From the NCBI RefSeq assembly GCF_001447785.1, contig NW_015176014.1, positions 1-64,000 of the forward strand: a stretch of 64,000 nt of DNA, in the 5' to 3' direction. Shown here in pieces: positions 37,401 to 49,400 of the stretch. The stretch's first letter is position 1, and every line of letters begins with the position of its first letter. Position numbers and translations under genes: made by a program. Origin of the DNA: Gekko japonicus. Lineage: Eukaryota. Under the pieces are notes generated by a model that searched no databases, was not told where the DNA came from, and was given only the letters and a program-made list of their open reading frames with translations.

Positions 37401-40400
37401 AACAAACTTGGCTATTGAGGGGAAAAGGATTTTATATGTATGCTTACATGTGTGTATCTTTTGCCCTGACTTGGATAGCCTAGGCTAGCCTGAGCTCACC
37501 AGATTTTAGAAGCTAAGCATTGTTGGCCCTTGCTAGTATTTGGATGGAATTCCTCCAAGGAATACCAGGATCATGATACGGAGGCTGGCAATGGCAAACC
37601 TCCTCTGAATGCCTCTTGCCTTGAAAACCCTGTGGGATTGCCATAAAAGGTGGGTTTTTTCAGCCAGCGGTTCNNNNNNNNNNNNNNNNNNNNNNNNNNN
37701 NNNNNNNNNATAGGATGACTTGGGGAAAGGGATAGGACCAGATTATTGTATTCTATAGGTAAACTATACTGCACCTTAAAGCCATTGTAAATACTCCGCT
37801 GATTGAGGGTTGCCACCTCAGGGCTTTGGATGCAGAAATCCCATTCTGTGAAGATCCTGGTACTGTTGTATGGCTTGAATTCCCATCGTAGCATCAGCCA
37901 CTGCACCAAACTGGCCGTCATCCTGAATATTGAGACATTAGATGGGTCTGTCACAGATGTGCAAAACCTTTCTTCTAGCAAACTGATACATTCGCTGTAA
38001 GCAAGAAGATGGAGTTTGTCACAAAGATCAATCCAGGGGATGTGACTCAACACTGGTAATGCCCAATTTCCTCTCAGATAGAAAGAGGTTGCAGGAATGA
38101 ACATACATTCTTGGTAGGCCATGAAAGTGGGCCAACCACTGTGAGAGGCAATAGTGATGGTAGAAGCAGGAAGGAAGGAATAAAAATGTAATTGATTATC
38201 ATAGCATATGGAGGAGATGGGGAAAGGGCAAGGAGATTTTGTTTATCCTAGTAGCCAAGGATGAGCCAATGTGTGGATCAAAACAGTAAAAAAATGGAGC
38301 CAGCCTCTGGCTACAATTTCAGATTGTGAAAACTCTGGGGAAGCTGGGGAACTCCTAGTTTTGCAGAAAAATTTGAAATGTTAAAAAGTAGGCTAATGCC
38401 TGTCCCCCCCCCCCAAAAAAAGGTAACAGCGTGCACAGATATTGCAAAAAAGAAAAAATACTGGTTTGGATGGCATATTAGGTTAAAATGCACTCATATT
38501 AGGTTGCCATGTGTTGGTAGTGGTCATCACAAAAAGGATGAGAAAAGCACAGCTGTACTGGCTTCAGTGGGAAGGAAACAGTTTCAAGCAAGAAAAGCAC
38601 AGCTGAAGTTGGGGGAGAAGAGCAGTAGAAGGGAAGGGAATTGTGGGGGTGGGGGGGCACAGTCTGAGCTGGTAGAGGAGGAGCCAGTGGGATGGAAGTA
38701 AGTGGAAGAAAGTCGGGGCTGGAAGGAGAGGGATGTGACTCCTCCATTGCAAGTCCCTCTCTTGTTAATATCATATTGGATAAATGTTTCCAATTGTGAA
38801 AAATATTGGGCAGAGGGACATGCTGTTAACAGAATATGTTGGAGTAGGTTCTTCACTGAGAACTTATGTCAAATGATGGGCTATACTGCCTCTTTGTGGT
38901 TCAGCTATGGAAACAAGATGACCTCCTGAGGTAAGGGAGAAATTAATATTTCCAGAAGTTTTAACATACTACATATGCAAATTTGTCCCTCCCCATCTCA
39001 AACCTTCTGCCCCACAACTACTTACTTTTCCTCCATACCTCCCCCCCCCCTTTCCACACTTTCATACCTAGTCAGTTCTGAGTCCTGGGCTCCATCTGGG
39101 CCACTTACCGTAGCAGGATCCAGAGGAAGCTAGCAAAGAGGTATCCCAGGATGCTGAGCAGGTAGGCTAAGTGTACATTATAGTTGTTCTTGTTGTCCTC
39201 TTTTACACGATAAGCACCATAAAACAGGTAGGAATGCTCCAAATAGCCCTGAGAGGAAATGAGAGAAAGCTTGTAGATTGGCCTAACCCACAATCATTTT
39301 CTAAGGTTCAGATTCACAGTCTTAAGGGGCCAAAGAATGAGTGGGAATCCTTCCACCAGTTCACCTTGAACCCAAGAGACACTACTGCCTGTCTTTGCCC
39401 AAAGCTTTCCCTCTTTTCCACCACTCAGTTTTCTAAACTTCAGGTACATTCCATCCCAAGTCTCTAGCCCCACATAGTTGCCACCCCGTCAAACGTTCCT
39501 CCCCGGGAAGTGACCTGCAAACTGTATTTCCTGCAAACTCACGTCCCCAGTGAAGATGTCCTGAAGGTGTTGCCAGGATGATCTATGACTGATGTCACTG
39601 CTGTAGTTCATGCATTCCAGCTCTAGGAGAAAGGATATCCAACACTTAGATATCAGTGTAATTTTTAACCCAGCCAGAGTGCTGAGGGAAACTCTAGTAT
39701 GTATGCACTTGAAGATTCAGCAAGGACTCACCTGCACTTGGACCCTTCAGAAAACTGGTTGTGTCATGGGAGATGGTAACAGGCAGCAGTATAAAGCATA
39801 TGATGAGCAGCCCAGCCAGGAAGTTGATAAAAAGCAAGAGTTTCAGGAAACTGAAATAGGACTGTATGCCTGGGCCAAAAACCGCTGAGAGGAAAAGAGG
39901 AGGTAGAGATGATACACAAGATAAATCGTGTCCCAAATTGTGTCCCAAATTCACAATCACATATGTGATTGCCTCCTTGTTGGTTTCAGTCTGCCCTGAT
40001 TAGAGATGCTGTCAGTCACTGGGCATGTAGAAATATCCATACCGCTCAATGTAATGAATATACAAAAACATAAATCAGAGGCAGAGGTGGGTTTCCCTTT
40101 AGAAGAAGAAGCACCCTTGCTCACATACTAGCTGCCTCCTCTTCCTGATCTCCAACAAATCACCCAACCCCATGACCACCCATGGTATTTACGAAGCAGG
40201 ATTTCATTTTCCTTCTGTGTTCTCAACAACTTTTGCAGCCAGCCAGCCTCTAGAAGTCCCCCCTTGCCTTGTACCAGCCAGCTCAGTGGTTGTAAAAATA
40301 ATTAGCCCAGCTGGTGGGGAGGTCTATGAGTACCAGTATTTATGAAACTAGGGCCTATTGTGCATGAGTGTTTTGCCTTGCTTTCACCGTGCATGTCTGT

Positions 40401-43400
40401 CGGGTTTTCTTTTTCATTCTGCATTCATTTTCCTCCCTCCAGCACTCAGTTCACTTTACATTCACTGTTTCCCTGGGTTGTCTGAGACTGCTTTTGTGCT
40501 GATTTTCCCCTTGTTTTATTTCCAAGCTGAAGGTAATTCAAAAGTGTATAGATTCCCTTGGATTTCCCCCACCCTTTTCCTGTCACTCCAAGGCCAGTCC
40601 ACTGCCCACATTGAGGTAATTCCTTCCACTCTGCACGCCAGAGCGACGTGTAGCGTCGTGTCCTGGCGACGGCGGGTGCAACGCATCTCGCCATCCCCAT
40701 GGCACAGATTCTGCAAAGACACACGATCCCTCGCAGTGACTTGGCAACCCTAACATCTTTGCAGGATCATTCCTGTGGGGACAACAGACGCGCCGCACCA
40801 TGCTGTCGCCAGGAAGTGACGCTGGGTGACGCTCTGGCAATGAGGCTCGAAACTCGATGGTACCATCAAGTTTTCAGCCCCATTGCCAGAACGTCGCCCA
40901 GCGTCACTTCCTGGTGACAGCATGTTGTGTTACAAGGAGGAATGGTCCAGCCAGGGAGCATGTTTCCCCCGCCGGATCGTGGTAAATACTTGGGAACTCT
41001 AGCTACAACCAAAACCCACAGCTTTCCTTAATTGGGGTGGGAATATCACTTGTGACAAGTGGGAGGGTGGCATCCAAAGGTTTTTTTAATTTATGCAGCT
41101 GCCCTATTGCAGCTGTGCAGTAGTGTCAAGTGCCACCTTCCGTTTAAATCCCCATGGTTCAGTTCCTTGAATGAAAGAGAATACAAAGGAAACTGACAGA
41201 GTTTTAAAAAAAATCCTCCTGAAAGTGACCAACTATTTTTGAAACTGACTAGAACAGCTGCAAAGCTCCCTTGTCTTATTGCCAAGCTCTAGTGGATTCT
41301 CTGTTGATGTGATGAATGGAAAAGAGTCATCAGCCTCCTCCATTCCCCACATGACCCAATGCTGGTCTTTCCTCCCCTCCCGCTACAGAGCTTACGAAGA
41401 GGCTTCTCAGAGAGCTGTCAGAGAACCACATTCTTTCCCTGTAATTTTCCCCCAGTGATTCGAGACTAGTGAAAGTCTCATTTCATGTTGTGGGTCAGCC
41501 AGAGCTCAGCAATAGTGAGGACTTCTCAGGAGAAGAGGACTCCTCAGGAGAAGAGAAGCCCTGTGTAGTCAGCCTTGAGTTAACAGAAGCTGACCGACAG
41601 GAAAATGAGCTGCAGGCCTGTCAGGATGCATAGCCAAAAGCTGGTGCAGAGCCACCAACACCCTCCAGCCCTGATTCAACAGATGAACCTCAATTGACCA
41701 TTTCTAACCCACCAGTATCACCCACACCCTAAGAGCACCACAGATGGAGGCTGAGAACAGAGCTACAGACAAGATGGCAAAGTGTTTCCAGGCTGCAATC
41801 CTGTGCACACTTACTTGGGCGTAAGTCCCCCTGATGCCAGTGGGACTTCTTTTTTAAACCCCCGAAGGGATATTTTTTATTTTGCAATAGACTACAGAAC
41901 TACAAATAAAATATTGGGAAGGGAACTACAACTAGGGATAAAGGAAAGATAACCACACTATGCTAAAACCCCAAGAGGAGGAGATCTTATCTCTGTTAAT
42001 ATAAGTGTTAGTACTAAAAGTGTTAATATCACAATACACTTGTAGAGTTCTTGTTTATCACAGCTTCAAATGTGTTAATATGTTGTTATGAGAGAGCTTT
42101 CTGATCATCTTCTTGTTCTTAGCTTCAAACAGTGGGACTTACTTCTGAGTAAACATGCTTCGAGCTGTTTCTATGTTGCCATAACAGGAATGGGAAAAGA
42201 ACTTTTTATTTCCTTCTACCAGTCATTCTTATTTTCCAATACGGAATTAAATTGACATGAGAGACAGATACTGAGGTGGGAAACCTAAGTCCCCCCCCCC
42301 AATTTATTGGCACAATACTAAAAAAGCTATCCAGAGCTTCTGCTAGAGGACCCCATACAAATTGCAGCCCTGTGCAAAAGCATGGAAGAGTTGCAGCCAA
42401 CTTTGTACCGGTACACACACACACGTTGCCAACCAATGATCACAGCTTGCAATGCCAGTGTCAGTGGGTTCTACTGTGCATTCTGTACACTCAACATGTT
42501 CCCCCATATTATGAGATTATGGGACTCTCCCATTTTTCACAGTGGCTGATAGCACAGCAAAGAATCCCCCAGTCCATTGTGGAAATAAATACAACGGCCT
42601 CTAGAAAGAGGCTCTGGGCGGGTGCCCCGGCCTTGGACACTCAGTGTCAATTTGCTGTGCTGACATCAGCAGGGTATAATGACACTGAGTCCACCATTTT
42701 CTCCAGAGGAACTGATCTCTGCTACCTAAAGAACAGTTGTAATTTTGAGTGATCTCCAGCCCTCACCTGGAGATTGGCAACAATGGTTCCCCAGGAGGGA
42801 ATGGTTGGATTGGAGGGCGGAGTCTGTGGCTTTGTACCTGTCCGAGGTCCCACGCCTCCTGAAACCTCACCCTCTCCAGGCTCCATCCCTCACATCTCCA
42901 GGAATTTCCCACCAGGAGTTGGCAACCCTATCTCCTTCCCAGCCAATCATCAACCTACCTTTATTTCCCCCTCACTCTTCAGCTTTCTACCCCCACACAC
43001 CTGCAGCCTCTCCCGTGCTCTGAAGTCCTGACTGCTACGTCACATTGGCTGTAATACCGGGGCCACCTCAGCAGCATATAAGGATACAGAGCCCACCATT
43101 TTCTCCAGGGGAACTGATCTCTGCCACCTGGAAAGCAGTTGTAATTCTGAGTGATCTCCAGCCCTCACCTGGAGATTGGACACATTTTACCTCAGAACAG
43201 CAAACTGTTTAGAAGAAGAAGAAGAGATTGGATTTATACCCCGCCTTTCACTACTCAAAGGTGTCTCAGAGCGGCTTACAAACTCCTTTCCCTTCCCCTC
43301 CCCACAACAGACACCCTGTGAGGTAGGTGGGGCTGAGAGAGCTCTTGACAGAAACTGCTCTTTTTCAAGGACAGCTCTTATCAGAACTACGACTTGCCCA

Positions 43401-46400
43401 AGTCCATCCAGCCAGGTGCAAGTGGAGGAGTGGGGAATCAAACCCGGTTCTCCCAGATTAGAGTCCACGCACTTAACCACTACACCAAACTAGAATGTTA
43501 GAGGCAAAAGCCAATCAAGTCGCATATGCAAACGACCTCTGTGTTCCGAGGCAAAGGCCAATGAGGCAGCATATGCAAATAACCTCTATGTTCTGACTGG
43601 CTAGGGGGGGGGACGACAGCTGTTTGGAATGTTAGAGGAGAGACTCAAGCAATGCAGCCAGTGGATAGGGACAGATTCTGAATGACACACTAGGGCGCCA
43701 ACCAATTCCGGAGCGTGTGGAATGTTCTAGAGAAGTGCCACCACCATTCGGCTTTTATATATAAGGGAGATGGGGCTTCCAGCTGCTTGTCAGTTTCCGA
43801 AAGTCTGGTCAATTTCAACAGTGGGTTCCTTTCTTTTCTCCTTCAGTGGGGGAAGTCATCCAAACTGGTTAGGTCATGCCTCCTCTCTCTCCAGGCAGGG
43901 CTATGCAAATTTGTGTAGACTGTATTGGCTCAGAGTGAAGCTGATCCTCCAGTTTCAATAGCCCTGCCGCTCCAGCAGGACGCCTGAGCCTAGCTCTGCT
44001 TTCCTGGAGGCTCTTGCCTTATATGGAAGATGGAGAAAAGCGTTGAGGAAAGGCCCCATCATTGGTCTTAAAAGAAGAAGAGACCTTTAAGACAGCCTCT
44101 CCCGCCTGAGTTTCCAGGCACCGGAGACTGGCCAAAGGCAGAAACATCTACAATGCCACAAACGGCCCTCCGTGAGAGACAGTTATGGCAGGCCTCTCCC
44201 ACCTGAGGATTCAGGCATCAGAGACTGGCATGGGCCTCTGTCGGTGCTGCCAGACCCGAGGCTCCGGGTTGTTAATGCAGCCAGCCCCCAACTGCACTGG
44301 AAAAAATCCAGCAGAGCTCAGTACTGGGTCTGAACCCAGAGCTGGTCTCTTGGAGTCTCTTACCCTGTAAGTATGGAAGACGGAAGGGCCTTGAGGCAGG
44401 GCCCCATGGCTGGTCTTAGACAGGGGGAGACTGTTGTGACAGGCCTCTCCCGCCTGAGGATTCAGGCATCGGAGACTGGCATGGGCCCATCAGTGCTGGC
44501 AGACCTGAGGCTTCGAGTCATTCGCCAGCCGGCCCTCGACTGTGCTGAAAACACCCAACAGAGATCTACTGGGTCTGAACCCTGAGCTCTTGGAGCCTCT
44601 TACCTGTAAGTATGGAAGACAGAAGGGCCTTGAGGAAGGGCCCCATTGCTGGTCTTAGAAAGAAGGGGGAGACCATTGTGGCAGGCCTCTCCCACCTGAG
44701 GACTCAGGCACTGGAGACTGGCATGGTGCTGCCAGACCCGAGGCTTCAGGTCGTTTCTGCAGCCAACCCCCAGCTGCGCTGGAAAACCCCAGCAGAGCTC
44801 TACTGGGTCCAGCAACCATGAGGAGATCGCAGCGTCTGGCCTGCCCCATACAGACTCGGAGGCTTCCGAGCCTACAGGGAGTGAGAGGGTTGGAGCTGAA
44901 GGTCAGATCCCCCCCAAGAGACACAGGGGCAGTGGGATGAGGACCCCCAAGGTGAACAAAGGTTGGATCCAAGCAAATGCAGCAGAGCAAGCCCCCCCCC
45001 CCCTTCTCTGAGGCCTTTCCCAGCACGGTTTAGGCAGTTCAGGGAAATTCCAATAGGGCGGCTGCTCGGGTTTCCCCCGCACTTTTTCTGCCCTCCCTAT
45101 TTAGGCCTTTAGTTTGGCCTGGGCCTCCCCCATCCCTGTGCATATGCAACCAGGAATCCTGTTGGCCTTTCTGTGGCTAGGATTACTTGGCCAAGCAGTG
45201 GCTATGACTGATCTTGCTGATAAGAACACTAGCACCAGCAGCATCAGGAGCTTTTGAGAGCTAGTCAAAGAACCCCACCCATGTCAGGCTTGGGTTCAGG
45301 GGTGGAGGGGCTCTTTTCAACCATAGGATATATGACAACAACCTCTGATAAAGAGGAAGGGGAATGGTCAGAAAATTCTCCTAGACCTTTCCGGCTGGAA
45401 CATCTCGAGAGATTTAAAAAAGAAAAGAAAAAAGTACCTTTGCCTTTTCTTAACTACTAGTTGGATACAAAAAACCCCCACAACCAAACCAACCCTAGAT
45501 CATCAGCGCCATCTAATTTAGATACTAGAGGGTTTGAGAAACCATCCAAAGGGTCCTCAAAATTGTCCATCTCCAAATTCAGTGAATAAAAATATTAATA
45601 ATGAGACGCCCCTAGGGGATCCCCTGAAGCAACCTCTCTGACAAGCTGAGCCACCACCTGCCATGCTCTCAGATTTTTCTAGGGCCATCACGGTTTGGGC
45701 TGCTAACTTCCTTCAAGAGCCCAACACTGACCCCTTGACGCTTGAGAGATCCATCCTAAAGATTAAAGGGCTGCAAAATTTGCAGCAGATGCATCCTAAG
45801 AGGCCATGCAATTTGGTGCCAGAGCACAGGCCACCAGTATAGTGGTAAGAATGAACCTATGGCTAAATCATTGGAAGGTGGACCCTGTCTTTTAGATTCA
45901 TTGGCACTAAAAATAAAAAAAAAGGACTTTAGGTGCTCCTGCACCTTTGGCTATAGGTCCAGATTCCAACAGAGACAGCTCCCTCCTAACAAACAGGACG
46001 GGAACCAACAAAACGAAGACCAACCACCTGACAATATGGTTGGGGGTCAACTCCAGCAGTTTCCTCACTTTTGTGTTTCTCCACTTCCCAAGACAGAACA
46101 GAGACACCTTTCCTTTGTCCTGACCTATTCAAATTTAATGCACGTAGGGACAGTGGAACCAGTGCCCTTAGAACAGCATTTCCATGGGATTTATTCCATT
46201 CCATTTGTAGTCCCAAAAAGAGCCAGGGACTGGAGAGCAATTCTAAATTTAAAAAGAGTTGAAGCTATAGGTAGAACCGAGCAGTGTCTCACAAAAGCTC
46301 ATACCCTGCCACATATTTTGTTAGTCCTTAAGGTGCTACTGGGCTTTTGCTCTTTTCTATGGCTACAGACTAACACGGCTGCCCATCTTGATCTATGGGT

Positions 46401-49400
46401 AAAGAAGTACAAGTTCTAGTTTAAAATCTCTTCACTGGATTCTGCAGAGGATTCAGAGTACTCAGCAGGATGACCACGTGATGTCCTTAGGCCTTCAAGA
46501 TGTTTAACCTGCATATTCCACCTTCCAGACAGTTCTTCCCCTTTTGATTTTCAGGGCTAGCATTTCCAATACAAGGCCTTACCCTTTGGGCTGACATAAT
46601 CTCCAAGGGTGTTGGCCAAGGTCCTGGTAGTTCTATTAGCCTACCTACGACAACAGGGAATCCACTTTTATCCTTACATGGATTATATGCTCCACAGTAC
46701 CTAGGCAGCAGAGGTGAGCTAGGACACCAAGTCCATTAGGCAATCTCTTCAGGCACAAGGATGCCTGATTAATGTGTTAAAAATAATATTAATAATCTCA
46801 CAACCTCTAGTGACATAGTCCACTTAGGGGCCAGGATTCAGATGAGGATAGCCAAAGTGTTTCCACCTGCAAAGAAGCAGGAAAAATTGTTGGAAGGGGT
46901 GAAAGAAATCTGGCAGATGTCAGTGGACCTCATGCACTAGTTGACAGTACTGGGACTGAGGATGTAGTCCATAAATCTGATTCCTTGGGCCTGCTTCCAT
47001 GCCACACCTTTACAATGGACTCTTCTCCCTTGTCAGAAGGACACACACACACAAAAGGGTGCACAGATGTCAAGATACTGCTCCACCCCACGCACAAAGA
47101 AGTCACTAAACTAGTGGTCTTCATGAGCAAATCTGACAAGGGGAGTCGGTTTCCTCCAGCCTCCTTACCTGATGGCAGTTATGGCTCACAGCAGTAGAGG
47201 CCGGGGACCACACTGCAAGGATCAGATAATCCAAGGCAGATGGAGCCTGTTGGAAGATATGAACAGTATGGACCGGCTGGAACTTGTGGCAGTCAGACTA
47301 GCACTGTGTGCTTTCCAAATCCTATCGAGGGCACACAGTCAATACTATGGCCAAGGCACACACCAATTGGCAAGGAGGCACCAGATCGATGGTGCTCCTC
47401 CATGCATCCAAAATCCTGTTCATTTGGGCCGGTTGGGGAAATGGTAGTTCTAAAAGGGGAACACCTTTATGGTCTTGCAAACCGCCAAACCAACTGGCTG
47501 AGAAGGAAGGAGTTAGATCCAGGAGAATGGAGTCTACACAAAAAGATCTTCTAGCAAAATCACACTTTATTTCAGGAGCCCTATCTTGGATCCTTTTTGC
47601 AACATCAAGTTGCCAGGTTTCTAATCATTTTGTATGATTCCAGGGCAGAGGGCAAGGGCACACGCACTTGTTGTTGATGCAGTGGTCTGCTGTATGCTTT
47701 TCCTCTGACCACACCGATCAGCTGAGGACTGAACAAGGTGTCAAAGGACACAACAGAAGTGATTTTCATATCTCCTTTCTGGCACAGAAGTCTTTGGGTC
47801 TCAAAGCTAGTGAAGATGTCAGTGTCTCCCCTGTAAAGATTGCCAAGTGATAGGTTCTCCTTGTACAAGAATCCACTTGCCACCCAGACTCTATTTGACT
47901 CCAGCTGACAGCTTAGAGATTGAACTGGCGGATTTGGTAGGACTGGGCCTTCCAAGTTAAGTAGTTGACACCATGGTGCAGTCCAGAATACCTGCTTCCA
48001 GTCGTCTCTATAATCGTACATGGCAGACATTCAGAAGTGGGCCAGTACCAAAAAGCTGAATCCACTGAAACTTACTTACAAATACATCATTCCCTTTCTA
48101 CACCAAGGTGTAGAATCAGGTTCTAAGATCGGATACCTGAGGAGACAGGTTGCAGCACTGGCCTCTATGTGGGACTGCATAAGGCTGCCTAATTTTTTCT
48201 TCTCATAGGCACTTTAAGCTTCCCTGAAAGGAACCATACAGTTGGCTCCTCCCATTAGGCATTAGTTGCTTACTCGGAACCTGTCTAAAGTGTTACAGGC
48301 CTTGAGCAATCCTCCACTTGATCCTTTCAAATCATCAGAATCTAAAGTCTCCTTTTTGAAAGACTTCATTTTTCATGGAGAGATGACTTCTGCAAGAGGA
48401 TTTCTGAATTAGGGGCTTTATTGGCTGGGATGGAATTGTGTATATTTCACAAGATCTCGGTGGTACTCAGGAGGGATCCTTCCTTTGGGCCAAAGTTTTT
48501 TTCCCTTATAAGAACATAAGAACATAAGAGACGCCAATGTTGGATCAGGCCAAGGGCCCATCCAGTCCAACACTCTGTGTCACACAGTGGCCAGAAATAC
48601 CAGTGCCATCAGGAGGTCCACCAGTGGGGCCAGGACATTAGAAGCCCTCCCATGTTAACCAAGAGCTGATACTACCACCTTTTTGTCCTGTACCATGTTA
48701 CCCCAATGAGAGAGTCTGGCACAAACTAGACGTGCTCAGAGCTCTGTGTGCCTCCTTCACCGGATGGCGCAGATTAGGCGAAAGGATTTTCTGTCTGTGT
48801 CTCACAGCTCAGCCTTTAGGTAAAAAAGGTCTCAAGCCATGTATCTGAGAGACATATGAAGTGCAAGGCCTAGGACCTCCAAAGGATGTTACAGCCCACT
48901 ACACCAGATCTGCAGTAACATAGTGAACTTTCCCACCAGTGTTCTAGTGGAAGAAATCGTTAGAGTCACATTCTGGTCCACCTTTTATACCTGTGTGAGA
49001 CACTATAGGTGGGACCAGTTAAAATCTGCAGAGGCTTCATCTGGTAGAAAGGTGTGCAGCATAGTGGTAGAACAGACAAATAAGAATGAGGATCCTACCC
49101 AGGTTGTAGCTTGGGCATATAACCAGTTTGGATGACTTCCCCCACTGAAGGAGAACGAAACATTGGAACATACCTGAAGGTTTCTTCTCTTCAGTGGGGC
49201 GACATCATCCACATCCCACCCAAAATAAAATAAAACAGAATAAAATCTAGTCGGATGTAAAATCTGTTATGGAGCTGGGCTACACTATGACTGGAGGGTC
49301 AGCCTCACTCTGAGCCAATACAGTCTACACAAATTTTCATAGCCCTGCCTGGAGCGAGAGGAGGCGTGACCTAACCAGTTTGGATGACTTCGCCCCACTG

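Noticed and set aside
37484-37570. 5S rRNA gene
   Set aside because: Degenerate, and fused to an RTE-like tail: a SINE head
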